DNA of 63,286 nt, the filler included, from Octopus bimaculoides (Eukaryota): the NCBI RefSeq assembly GCF_001194135.2. It is 8 parts of 8 records of this genome, joined end to end, with 100 filler letters (N's around TTAATTAATTAA, not from the genome) between each part and the next. Parts side by side here need not be neighbours in the genome. Positions count along the whole stretch, not along the records: positions 38,143 to 40,962 come from NC_068989.1; positions 41,063 to 43,514 come from NC_069002.1; positions 43,615 to 50,983 come from NC_068987.1; positions 51,084 to 53,972 come from NC_069001.1; 4 more parts are not named here. One strand, 5' to 3'. The position numbers and the translations under genes are program-made. Under the pieces are notes generated by a model that did no database searches, was not told the origin of the DNA, and worked only from the letters and a program-made list of their open reading frames with translations. Shown piece by piece: positions 39,301 through 51,728 of this stretch (positions are counted from its first letter, which is position 1; every line of letters starts with the position of its first letter).

Positions 39301-40563
39301 AAATGCAAGCTCTGTATTACTGGAAAACTAAATACCATAACATCAACAAAGGTTTTAAATATTAGGGAGGAAACATTCTTCCCTTATATGCACAAGCTAT
39401 AATTCATACTCTGAAATTTCAAGCATGACTCCTTCCCCACCTCTTCGTGATCCCTCCAACCTCGATAAGTTTTTTGTTGGACATCAATTGTATGTACATT
39501 ATGCATTTAAGACATACTCCATTGAACTCATGCCGTATTCCCTTCCTACACAGATATATATATGAACTTACAAACCCCCATGGACCAACTTTGGGATCAA
39601 AATCCATGAAATCCCACAATTATGTGTACATGCTCAAATACAAATAATACACATAATACAAGTATGAATGTGTGTGTGTGTGTATGTGTATATATTTTGT
39701 ATAGATGCGCATGTGTATATATGTTTATTTATATTTATAAATTTAGACATGTACAAGTATTCTCTCATAAGATGATAAATGAATTAATCCATGGTGAATG
39801 CTGTCCCTTGTAAAAATTCATGGTTAATGCAAAGGAGACAGCAATTAAGATTATCTTATAAGTTACTTCCCATAATCTGCATATTTTGAAATCCTATACA
39901 GTCTTGTTTAACTTTGTGTATTCTCATCCAAAATTGAGACGAGTACCAATGTTCCCATGTGACACCCTTCAAAATAGTAAAGAGATCTCACTTTACATGA
40001 AACCATTGGTAGCCTTGTTAACCCATAAATAAAGTGCGAATAATTTTAAATCGGCAGAACTTACAAAGTGATTCCTGGCTTTTGAGTCACTTTGTAACTT
40101 CTGCCAATAAAAAAATAAAATAATATATATATCATCATCATCATTTAACATTCGGTGTCCATGCTGGCATGGGTTGGATGGTTTGACTAAGGCTGGTAAG
40201 CTGAGAGACTGCACCAGACTCCAGTCTGATTTGACATGGTTTCTGGATGCCCTTCCTAATGCCATATGTATATATATATATAATTCAATTTTGGGGGATT
40301 AATCAACATGCAGGTATTCTATTTTAGATAATACAAAAATAACCTAATGAGTATATCTGACAGTAAACTCATGGTATCAGTTTGCACATCACGAAATAAT
40401 ACTTAAAGGATATAACCAAAACTTCCAGTAGGGTATATAATATACTTCATTAATTATATCCTACCTTAGTTAATACTTATATTAAATATGAAGGAATTAC
40501 ACGTGCTTCAATATTGGAAGGTTACAATATATATACATATACACAACTGTATACCCATATATA

Positions 40564-40960
40564 TCTTAATATATAAAGCTGAAATTGTGTGTCTGTGAAG
40601 CCTTTTTAAAAGTTTATAAAAATCCACATTTTCCACCTTTTCGTAAAATTTTTTTACATCAATGGAATTTTCTCGATCTGAACTTTCCAGTGCAGTAATT
40701 AGATTTTTAAAATTCCGTTTACTTTGTGTGATTTAAGGGAGATTTGGCTGTTGTTTCTAGCAACTTTTATATTTCATCCCTTCTACCTGGAACGCCATTC
40801 TTACACACACGCTCAACATAAAAATATAGAGAGTAAGAGTAAAAGAGGGAGAGGGAAAGTGATACATACAACGTCATAGATTAAACTTTCATCTCAGTAT
40901 TCTTTACCTATTTTTCATAACATAGATACGTAAAAACACACACAACCACACATACATGAC
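40564..40960 (+). mobile_element. Helitron-like 5' region
   Basis: A|TCTTAATATATAAAGCTGAAATTGTGTGTCTG start, typical of non-autonomous Helitrons; no matching 3' end before the gap. Confidence 0.4.
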
Positions 40961-41310
40961 CTNNNNNNNNNNNNNNNNNNNNNNNNNNNNNNNNNNNNNN
41001 NNNNNNTTAATTAATTAANNNNNNNNNNNNNNNNNNNNNNNNNNNNNNNNNNNNNNNNNNNNCCCTACTTAAAACTTTCCTGAAAAAATACAAAGGTGTA
41101 GACTGGTGTACCCTGGAATTAGGTGTAAACCATTGGTAATATTCCAAGTTTTGTAGAAAAATTTTTAAATATATATATTTTTAAACGTATATTTTTTCAA
41201 AAAAAGCTAAAAAGACTCACTAAATGACAATTCTTAAATGTTTGTAGTGTCCTGTATTGTCCAATCTATGTAAGATATTATTATCGTAATAAAGAGAATT
41301 GGCAAGCTAC

Positions 41311-41353
41311 TTCAGGCTGATGACGAGCAACGACTCAGAAACATGTCCCTGAA
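41311..41353 (+). ncRNA. Minimal type I hammerhead ribozyme
   Basis: TTCAGG-CTGATGA-CGAG(CAACGA)CTCA-GAAA-CATG-TC|CCTGAA; perfect 6-bp stem I, palindromic stem III ACATGT. Confidence 0.8.
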
Positions 41354-41924
41354 TGCTGGCTAGGCTGGATGGGGGAGCTTGTCTCCCCTTCACAAACTTA
41401 AGGAAACAGTAATTGTGTCAATGCTATAGATTTATAGAAGATAAATATCAGCCAAGTAACGGGGGTTCAACATAATATCAATACGTCTTCGAGTGTCCCT
41501 CCCTTCAAGGATTAAATACTAGAGAGTTTTCCCTGTAGAACATGAATTCTGAGAGGAAAATTTGCTATAATTGTAAAAAATAATACAGCGATGTATTCAT
41601 ATCGGCAATCTGTTTCTTTTTTTCTTTTTTTTTCTTTCTTTCAACGTTCTACTCATTAAGAATTATGAGCAATATAAATTTATTAATGCAGTTTTACTTT
41701 GGAAATTATTAATAAAATTGTGCAATTGTATGCGAAACATCCATCAAGCTTGATGAGTCTCGGGTCAATGACACATTGACAATATCGCTAATGGAGAATC
41801 TCATATTGTAGGAGGAGAGCCATGAATACACAAACGCTAAACAATTCTCTCTAGGAACAATCATGAGATGATGATGATGATGATGATTCTACTCTACTGC
41901 TACCACTACTACTACTACTACTAC

Positions 41925-41961
<37 letters not shown>

Positions 41962-41962
<1 letters not shown>

Positions 41963-42180
41963 GTTTCAAATTTTGCCACAAAGACATCAATTTTAGGAGT
42001 TAGGGGAGGAGTGTGTCGATTATATCGACCCCAGTGTTCAACTGGTACTTATTTTATAGACCCCGAAAGGATGAAAGGTAAAGTCGACCTCGGCAGAATT
42101 TAAACTCAGAACATAACGACATGTGAAATACCGCTAAGCTCTTCGCCAGGCGTGCTAACGATTCTGCCAATTCACCGCCT
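41962..42180 (-). mobile_element. SINE family A, full length, tail in (TAA)n
   Basis: Reverse complement of the family A consensus. Confidence 0.9.
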
Positions 42181-42207
42181 TATTAATAGTAATTATTATC
42201 ATTATTA

Positions 42208-42261
<54 letters not shown>

Positions 42262-43285
42262 GCGTAGAAGAGTGCACCAACAGTGAAGGAAAAAACATGC
42301 AGAATATTTGGTAAACATTAGACAAGACCTGCTACAGTATGCTGCTAATGCAGAAGGAGCTAACAAAAATGGACTTCAGAGTGCTCATGAATTCCGATGA
42401 AGAACAGCTAACGAGAGAAAAGAAACCCTACTTCGTATGGAATTACATGGTCAGATCCACCGTGGACCCAACAAATTAAAACACCAGGGAGCCTCATAAA
42501 GGTGGCTCAACAAGAGTGACATAAAAAAGAATACTGAAAGCCTAATCATCGCTGCCCGGGATCAGGTATTGAATACCAACTTAGTGAAAAAGAATATATA
42601 CCACAAAAGTGCAACAGACCTCTGCAGAATGTGTGGGAAGAGGGTCGGAAGTGTGATGCACATTGTTAGTGCTTGTGAAAGTCTTGTACAGAAAGAGTAC
42701 AAGCATGGACACGAAAAGGTAGCCCAAAACCTCCACTGGCTACTATGCTGCAAGTACGGATATGAGGTTACGTGTACATGGTACCAACATACACCGGAAA
42801 AGGTAATGGACGAAAAGGGGAAGGCAAAAACCCACTGGGACTTTGACTTCAAGACAGCCAAATTGTTAGAGCACCGAAGGCCGGATATAATAACCTTTAG
42901 GAGGGACAAATAAGAATGACTAATAATTGGTGTGGCAGTACCAGATCAACATATATTCATGAAAGAAGGAGAAAAGGTTGATAAATAGGGAGACCTGAGA
43001 ATTGAGATCGCTAAGATGTAGCAGCTACGAGCGTCAAACATAAAGGTTCTCCATATTGTCATCGGAGTATTGGGTTCAATACCTCCCAACCTGAAAAAAA
43101 CATCTGAAAACCTTAGAAATACCCTACAATCTAGATGAATCGCAAAAGTCGGCATTACTTGGAACGTTACACATATTGCGTAAAGTACTGTCTGTCTGAG
43201 GTCCTTATTGTGACTTGACAAACAGTACAAACAACCGGTAGACACAATATCTTCAATCAACAACCTCACGATATTGTATACTGTG
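42262..43285 (+). pseudogene. Dong/R4-type LINE, 3' kilobase (CCHC knuckle and RLE endonuclease), several stops
   Basis: WLNKSDIKKNTESLIIAARDQVLNTN, CRMC..SVMHIVSAC, WYQHTPEKV..WDF..EHRRPDI; ends in (TAA)n. Confidence 0.9.
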
Positions 43286-43296
43286 CGACGTCTATG

Positions 43297-43347
<51 letters not shown>

Positions 43348-43399
43348 GTAATAATAATAATAATAATAATAATATTAATAATAATAATAATAATAACAC

Positions 43400-43500
43400 C
43401 TACATGAACTTCTAACTTGTTGTCTCTTGAGGTCTCTGGGTGAGACTTGGATCCAACTTGTACAAATGCAAAACAAAAGTCAAACATAAAATAATAATAA
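43400..43500 (+). mobile_element. Short 3' UTR tail of another Dong/R4-like copy within a (TAA)n array
   Basis: TGAGGTC..GAGACTTG..GTACAAA motif resembles 43198-43235; TAA repeats on both sides. Confidence 0.5.
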
Positions 43501-43816
43501 TAATAATAATAATANNNNNNNNNNNNNNNNNNNNNNNNNNNNNNNNNNNNNNNNNNNNTTAATTAATTAANNNNNNNNNNNNNNNNNNNNNNNNNNNNNN
43601 NNNNNNNNNNNNNNTCACACTCAACCCTGTTCTCCAGAATCAGTGTAGCGACGGGAGGTTTGTGCCCATCTCTACATTCTGAGTTCAAATTCCGCCGAAG
43701 TTGACTTTGCCTTTCATCCTTTTGGGGTCTAAAAAATAAGTACCAGTTGGACACAGGGGTCGATATAATCGACTATTCTCCACCTGCCCCAAGCCGCCCT
43801 TGTGGGAAAATTTTTA

Positions 43817-43867
<51 letters not shown>

Positions 43868-45146
43868 TAATAATAATAATAATGACCTCTGCCGATCAAA
43901 GTCCCAACCCACAACTAAGTCTTAAGTGTGTATATAAATATATATATATATATGGGCAACACACACACACTAAATAAAGTAAAATGTTAGTAAGTAAAAG
44001 TGTTTTAAAAAAGATTGCTAAATTTTCAGATTAACACCCGTACGATTTTCACTACAGTGTTAGGGTTAGGTAGGTAATGGTGCAGGTATTAATCTCAAGA
44101 TTTACGAAAAGATTTTCAAAAAAACTCACAGTTTGTAGGGAATAAATGTTTGTCGATCGTATTTGAAAAAGATGTGTGTCTATTTTTTTTTTTGTTGTTA
44201 TCATGGTGAAGGACGAGTTAGAAATAACTTACAATTCCTGCCAATTAGAATGAGGTATGTATGTATATATGTATGTAAACCATTAAAGTGAAACTGTCAT
44301 TACAGTATCGAAATGTGATTGTTTCAGTTTTGATACTGAAATAGTTTTCTTTTACTGTCAGTGTCTCTCCTTCCTTTCTTTTTGTATTTGTTGTTGAATT
44401 GTTCGTAAAGCTTCNNNNNNNNNNNNNNNNNNNNNNNNNNNNNNNNNNNNNNNNNNNNNNNNNNNNNNNNNNNNNNNNNNNNNNNNNNNNNNNNNNNNNN
44501 NNNNNNNNNNNNNNNNNNNNNNNNNNNNNNNNNNNNNNNNNNNNNNNNNNNNNNNNNNNNNNNNNNNNNNNNNNNNNNNNNNNNNNNNNNNNNNNNNNNN
44601 NNNNNNNNNNNNNNNNNNNNNNNNNNNNNNNNNNNNNNNNNNNNNNNNNNNNNNNNNNNNNNNNNNNNNNNNNNNNNNNNNNNNNNNNNNNNNNNNNNNN
44701 NNNNNNNNNNNNNNNNNNNNNNNNNNNNNNNNNNNNNNNNNNNNNNNNNNNNNNNNNNNNNNNNNNNNNNNNNNNNNNNNNNNNNNNNNNNNNNNNNNNN
44801 NNNNNNNNNNNNNNNNNNNNNNNNNNNNNNNNNNNNNNNNNNNNNNNNNNNNNNNNNNNNNNNNNNNNNNNNNNNNNNNNNNNNNNNNNNNNNNNNNNNN
44901 NNNNNNNNNNNNNNNNNNNNNNNNNNNNNNNNNNNNNNNNNNNNNNNNNNNNNNNNNNNNNNNNNNNNNNNNNNNNNNNNNNNNNNNNNNNNNNNNNNNN
45001 NNNNNNNNNNNNNNNNNNNNNNNNNNNNNNNNNNNNNNNNNNNNNNNNNNNNNNNNNNNNNNNNNNNNNNNNNNNNNNNNNNNNNNNNNNNNNNNNNNNN
45101 NNNNNNNNNNNNNNNNNNNNNNNNNNNNNNNNNNNNNNNNNNNNNN

Positions 45147-45458
45147 TTTATGCTAATATTAAGATCATAATGAAACAAAGAGTTGTATTACAACATTATA
45201 TAATATACTGGGAGTACCAGTTCTGTGTCTTAAGCTTATCAAACTTTCCAAGATCTCAGATTTCAGTACAGAGAGAATTTTTGTTAATTCATGAGGACAG
45301 CAAAAATGGCATCCCCATGACTTAACAAAAATTCTTTCTGTATTGAAATCTGAGACCTTGGAAGTTTGATAAGCATAAGACATGAAACCGGTACTTCCAG
45401 TTTATTATATAATGTAATACAACTCTTTGTTTCATTATGATCTTAATATTAGCATAAA
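45147..45458. repeat. ~310-bp foldback palindrome (MITE-like)
   Basis: TTTATGCTAATATTAAGATCATAATGAAACAAAGAGTTGTATTAC / GTAATACAACTCTTTGTTTCATTATGATCTTAATATTAGCATAAA; pairing continues to a short loop near 45300. Confidence 0.9.
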
Positions 45459-45789
45459 TTTTATTATACAAACCAGTGCGTTTTTACATATTTTTCTTTC
45501 TTAAATATCAACAACCACGTGTTGTTAACTGACATTTATCCATTGTCTCTTATTATTCATTTGCTTATAATACACCAAAGAAATTCATGACATGTCGGAC
45601 ATCCTAGAGTATACCAAGCAACATATGGTCAACACAACATGTGCTTTGGACCAGCCTCTAGGCACTAAATACTTGTAAGGGTGTTATTTTCTTTGTGTGC
45701 ACAACATGAATATTTGACTAAGGGTGGTGATCAGAGGTCAACTCAACCCTATCTGGTGTATATCATTCAAGTACTCGATTCTCTCAAGA

Positions 45790-46125
45790 ATCCTTTTTGA
45801 GCATTGATCCCCACAGAGAGCTCAATGACTGATACCCGCATCATGTAACATGCACCCATGCCAGTGGCATGTAAAATGCACCATTCAAATGCTGGGCCTC
45901 ACAGAAGCAATGTAACTGATGTCAGTGTCATATAACTGGCACCCATGCTAGTGGCACATAAAAGCACCCATTACACTCTTGGAGTAGTTGGTATTAGGAA
46001 GGGCATCCACCATAGAAACCCTGCCAAATCAGACTGGAGGCTGGTGCAGCCCTTCAGCTTACCAGCCCTGGTCAAACTGTCTAACCCATGCCAGCATGGA
46101 CAATGGATGTCAAATGATGATTATG
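45790..46125 (+). mobile_element. Family D SINE-like repeat with (GAT)n tail
   Basis: GGAAGGGCATCCA..AATCAGACTGGAG..AACCCATGCCAGCATGGAC..AAATGATGAT; also at 40130-40265 (-) and 5215-5290. Confidence 0.75.
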
Positions 46126-46625
46126 ATTATATATATNNNNNNNNNNNNNNNNNNNNNNNNNNNNNNNNNNNNNNNNNNNNNNNNNNNNNNNNNNNNNNNN
46201 NNNNNNNNNNNNNNNNNNNNNNNNNNNNNNNNNNNNNNNNNNNNNNNNNNNNNNNNNNNNNNNNNNNNNNNNNNNNNNNNNNNNNNNNNNNNNNNNNNNN
46301 NNNNNNNNNNNNNNNNNNNNNNNNNNNNNNNNNNNNNNNNNNNNNNNNNNNNNNNNNNNNNNNNNNNNNNNNNNNNNNNNNNNNNNNNNNNNNNNNNNNN
46401 NNNNNNNNNNNNNNNNNNNNNNNNNNNNNNNNNNNNNNNNNNNNNNNNNNNNNNNNNNNNNNNNNNNNNNNNNNNNNNNNNNNNNNNNNNNNNNNNNNNN
46501 NNNNNNNNNNNNNNNNNNNNNNNNNNNNNNNNNNNNNNNNNNNNNNNNNNNNNNNNNNNNNNNNNNNNNNNNNNNNNNNNNNNNNNNNNNNNNNNNNNNN
46601 NNNNNNNNNNNNNNNNNNNNNNNNN

Positions 46626-46656
<31 letters not shown>

Positions 46657-46692
46657 TATATATTAATATATATATATATATATACATATGGA

Positions 46693-47506
46693 TATATATA
46701 AATATATATAAGTTAGAATTGTTTAAACATTCAAGTGGTAGGCTAGAAGTGTTTATGCTACTAAGGGATAATTAAATCCGAAGGCGCCCCTGGAGATTAC
46801 CTGTGTGGGTACTGTCTTTGTTAGAAGGTATCCAGAGGCAGGTAATTTATCATGTAAACCGTAGTTTGTAAGTATAATCATGTAGAGAATGGAGAAACAA
46901 ACACAGGAAGAAGCAGGTCGATTGCGCTAGTTAATCAATTAGGTAGAGATTATGTAATGTTCCATTGACGATCGTTTTGATTTTCCAATTTAATTGGCAG
47001 ATCTCTTCAGAATGCTGAGAAGTCTGTATAAATGCATGACGTGAGAGATGGAGGTATGGAAAGGTGGAGGATATACTAATGTATAAGAATGCATATAGTG
47101 GTGTGAGAATAGAGGTAAGGTATAGTGAGTCTTACATTTTAGTCGAAATCAGGGTTAATATTATTTATGCGAAGGAGAGGTTGGGTGGGTGCTGTTTAAG
47201 TCCGTAATTCCAATCTTATTCAAGCGCATTCCACACGTGGATGTTGTTAAATCAAGTGGATGTTATTATTTTGTGGCATCCCCGGTGTAAGTAAAGGGGA
47301 GTAACTCTAAGTTTTGGTGAAGAGGGAACTAGCTCTGTCCTGGTAAATATTTAATATACTTAGAAAGTGAAAATTTTGTAGTGTGTAGACAAACTTAGTT
47401 ATTTTCGTACTTTTTGTTTAGAAGATGTGTTGTAGCCATTAGGATTTCGTGGCGTTCAGTTAGGCAAAGATCACAACGTCTGTTAATTGAGTTATAAGAA
47501 TTTGCT
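46693..47506 (-). repeat. Inverted 5' pseudo-LTR segment of the PLE
   Basis: 46873-47506 is the reverse complement of about 49838-50490; a further ~180 bp extends to the (TA)n flank. Confidence 0.9.
46963..47014 (-). ncRNA. PLE pseudo-LTR hammerhead (inverted copy), GAAA mutated to AAAA
   Basis: CATT-CTGAAGA-GATCTGCCAAT(TAA)ATTGGAAAATC-AAAA-CGATCG-TC|AATG. Confidence 0.7.
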
Positions 47507-47510
47507 AACA

Positions 47511-47818
47511 GCTACAACACATCTTCTAAACAAAAAATACGAAAATAACTGTTTGTCTACACACTACAAAATTTTCATTTTCTAAGTATAATTAAATATT
47601 TACTAAAATTTTCCCTTTCTAAGTATATTAAATATTTACCAGGACAGAGTTAGGTCCCTCTTCACCAAAACTTAGAGTTAATACCCTTTACTTACACCGG
47701 CGGTGCCACAAAACAATAACATCTGCTTGATTTAAGAACATCCACGTGCGGAATGCGCTTGACTACCCTACCTCTCCTTTGCAGAAATAATATTAACCCT
47801 GATTTCGACTAAAATGTA
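47511..47818 (+). repeat. Direct, truncated 5' pseudo-LTR of the PLE, fused to the RT frame
   Basis: Matches about 49903-50245 with a ~34-bp internal deletion. Confidence 0.9.
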
Positions 47819-49995
47819 CTTCCTAACAGACGCTAAAGTTAAATTAATATTGTCAAATAGATCAGAACTATGTAAATTAAGTAAGCTAATACTAGATAAG
47901 TACATCCCTAAGCTAAAATGTAGGCTCACCCTTGAATTATGGTCCAACACATACAAAGCCCTAAATTGGTTCTCCAAAATACCGAACACAAAAAACTATA
48001 AATTCATACAAATAGACAAAGTAGATTACTACTCCTCAATTAACCCCATGATCCTAAATAATGCCCTAATATTCGCCAAAAACCACTCATATCTAACTAT
48101 GAAAGAAATAAAAGTAATACTCAAAGCAAGGAAATCAGTTATAAGCTTTGATAACAAACTCTGGGTCCAAAAGGACTCCCCAAACTCTTTTGATATCACC
48201 ATGGGAGCCCCGGATTCAGCTCAGATAACTGACTTAGTAGGCATATATTTACTTTCATACATACAGGATGAATTCCCAGATCTCAAGGGAGGCTTATACA
48301 GGGACGACGCGCTTTTCGTAATTAATAATCCCTCAAACAGGAAACTTGAACTCATCAAGAAAAACCTACACAAATTCTTTAAAAGATTCGGACTAGCCAT
48401 TTCCATAGAAAATGAATACACCTCCATAAATTACTTAGACGCAAACTGCAACCTAGCCACAGGACTTCATGAACTTTACATAAAACCAAACACTAACCTC
48501 AAATACATAAACACACCCAGTAACCACTCGCCATTCCTTAAGAGAGGCTTAGTACATAGCATAAGCAATAGAATATCATGCCTCTCCTCTAACCAGGATA
48601 TTTTTAATAAGCATAAGGAAATCTATAATATCGCACTACATAAAGCAGGATTCAACCATAAAATTAAATACCTAGACCCCAATAACCATACAAATGACCG
48701 AAATAAAGGGAATCTAAATGATATTAACACATACAATAATAACACACCTAACCCTACTGCAAACCACACCAACAATAAGAAGGACACAATACAACCTAAT
48801 AAAAATAATAGTAATACAAAAGATTCCAAAGCCTACTCACATAACACCAAAAATACCAACAACAGCGTAAACACCAATACCAATAATACTACTAGCATTA
48901 ATAAGACTAAAAACATAACGAATTGGAAATACAATAACAACCATAACATGATCAATATCAAGCCACACAAAGATAAGAATATTATTAATAACAGAGAGAC
49001 CTAGCGAACTAAAATAAACCATGTTATAAACCTCAATCCCTTGATGCCAGGCTCACAAAAACCAAACAATATTAACCCAGCTAACACTGATAAGACACAT
49101 ACTAAAAATAAACCTAACTATAGAAATAAATTAGATAGCCACAAAGGCAAATTCACTAGCCTTCCCAGCTACGATGGCAGGTTCTATACCAGACATAACT
49201 GTAATAACAATAAGCACAATAGGGATATGATCTGGTTAATTATCCCCTTCACCATGAACCTCAAATCCAACATAATCCGTTCATTAATGAACATAATAGA
49301 TAAACATCTAAATGTAAACAATAAATGTGCAGCAATATTTAAGAACAAAATGAGAATCGGCCACAGCCTGAGATGTAATTTAGCTAGCATCATAGCCTCG
49401 ATTAATAATAAAAAATTAGAGGCATTCTATGCAGCTAGAAAGACCACGAACAACCAAACTAACAACCGTTCGACAAATAGAACAAACCCCAACCCTAATC
49501 CAACGCCCCTTGCTAACAGAGACACAATAGGGCCACACAACGACACACCAACACAGATACCCCTTATAATTTATGTAGTTGTAAGGATGGGAATAAATGC
49601 AATTTCTCCAATAGATGTAAGACCAAAAATGTAGTTTACCAATGTGACGTACACACAAACAGCCATATAAGATCATACATTAGGACCACGAGAAGCCAAA
49701 TACGCCTAAGATACAATGAACACCAATCTAGCTTTAGAAATAGAAAGAAGGCAAATTCAACAGGACTTAGTAGCTATATCTGGGAATTAAAGGACAATAA
49801 TATAGCATACAAACTAAAATGGTATATACTCAGAACAGCAAATTCTTATAACTCTTAACAGACGTTGTGATCTTTGCCTAACTGAACGCCTCGAAATCCT
49901 AATGGCTACAACACATCTTCTAAACAAAAAATACGAAAATAACTAAGTTTGTCTACACACTACAAAATTTTCATTTTCTAAGTATAATTAAAAAT
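47814..49995 (+). pseudogene. Penelope-like element ORF: reverse transcriptase plus C-terminal GIY-YIG endonuclease (Nematis-like), decayed
   Basis: FIQIDKVDYYSSI, FDITMGAPDSAQITDLVG, GGLYRDD (YRDD 48297-48308), IWLIIPF. In-frame TAG at 49002; frameshift near 49520-49570; then CSC..C..C..VVY..SYIRTT..RYNEHQSSF..LSSYIWELK..KW..RCDLCLTE..LLNKK. Confidence 0.92.
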
Positions 49996-50495
49996 TTTCT
50001 AAAATTTTCACTTTCTAAGTTTATTAAATATTTACCAGGACAGAGTTAGTTCCCTCTTCACCTAAACTTAGGGTTACTCCCCTTTATTTACACCGGCGGT
50101 GCCACAAAACAATAACATCCACTTGATTTAATAACACCCACGTGTGGAATGCGCTTGAATAAGATTGGAATTACGGACTAAAACAGCACCCACCCTACCT
50201 CTCCTTCGCAGAAATAATATTAACCCTGATTTCGACTAAAATGTAAGACTCACTATATCTTACCTCTATTCTCACACCACTATATGCATTCTTATACATT
50301 AGTATATCCTCCATCTCTCACACCATGCATTTATACAGACTTCTCAGCATTCTGAAGAGATCTGCCAATTAAATTGGCAAATCAAATCGATCGTCAATGG
50401 AACATTACATAATTTCTACCTAATTGATTAAATTAATGGCTAACTAGCGCAATCGACCTGCTTTTTCCTGTGTTTGTTTCCCCATTCTCTACATG
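49838..50495 (+). repeat. 3' pseudo-LTR of the PLE, ending in (TA)n
   Basis: Overlaps the endonuclease C-terminus; repeated directly at 47511 and inverted at 46873. Confidence 0.9.
50348..50399 (+). ncRNA. PLE pseudo-LTR hammerhead, GAAA mutated to AAAT
   Basis: CATT-CTGAAGA-GATCTGCCAAT(TAA)ATTGGCAAATC-AAAT-CGATCG-TC|AATG. Confidence 0.7.
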
Positions 50496-51083
50496 ATTAT
50501 ATATATAATGATATAAATAATATATATATATATAACCATATATACACACATACATGTACATGCCTACATATATATGTATATACACATGCATATATGGGTA
50601 CAGGACGTCAAAAAAATGTGAACAAAACGAGAAAGGAGAACTTAAAAAACAAAAGCATGGAAAGAAGCCCATCATGTATATATATATATATATATATATG
50701 CGAGTAAAAATAAATACAAAAAAGGTGGGTTTTTTTGTATGATTGTGTATAGAGGAATATATTATTTTGCTTAAAAGAGTTCCAACACTGTCTGTTTTTT
50801 ATGTTTTATTTATATTCCTGCAGAACTAATGTGGGGTATAGAATATGGAATATACCATATACAATATAAAATAAAAATGGATGGCACCATGAAAGAAAGT
50901 ATTGAATGTAGATGAAATATTGAGTGTTCAATATAAAGGATCAAATATATAAATATATAAATATAAATATATATATATAAAGGNNNNNNNNNNNNNNNNN
51001 NNNNNNNNNNNNNNNNNNNNNNNNNNNTTAATTAATTAANNNNNNNNNNNNNNNNNNNNNNNNNNNNNNNNNNNNNNNNNNNN

Positions 51084-51125
<42 letters not shown>

Positions 51126-51247
51126 ATGTGTGCGTATGTATATATATATATATCACTGCATCACTGCATCCAGCATATCGAATATTGTTATGCATCGCTG
51201 GTCAATCGGACAGATATCATTATGTGAATGTGTGCGTGTGTGTGTGT

Positions 51248-51283
<36 letters not shown>

Positions 51284-51728
51284 CTGCGTACCTGCGTGCA
51301 TATGTGTGCATCTATATTGTAGAAGGCTCCCATATGCGTGAGTGTGTGTGAGAGTATGGGTACAAGTGAGCATACTTATACATAGCGGCTTGTATCTGGT
51401 GAAAACCTGTGATCAAAACGAGTAGACATATTGCTACGAGTTTGTTTTCTACACCACCTGTCTTCGTCTGTTGTTTTTTTTTTTTTTNNNNNNNNNNNNN
51501 NNNNNNNNNNNNNNNNNNNNNNNNNNNNNNNNNNNNNNNNNNNNNNNNNNNNNNNNNNNNNNNNNNNNNNNNNNNNNNNNNNNNNNNNNNNNNNNNNNNN
51601 NNNNNNNNNNNNNNNNNNNNNNNNNNNNNNNNNNNNNNNNNNNNNNNNNNNNNNNNNNNNTATATATATATATATATATCTTTATATATACATACATACA
51701 TACATACATACATACATGCATATACAGT

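Noticed and set aside
47812-47835. Splicing as the cause of the pLTR-RT fusion (donor-like AAT|GTAAGA in the pLTR; CTAACAG)
   Set aside because: GTA is retained at the junction and FLTD aligns with expected RT coding sequence, so a DNA deletion or template switch is simpler
51375-51430. CTGGTGAAAACC..AAAACG (also at 52567) as a decayed HHR
   Set aside because: Too many core and stem mismatches in both copies
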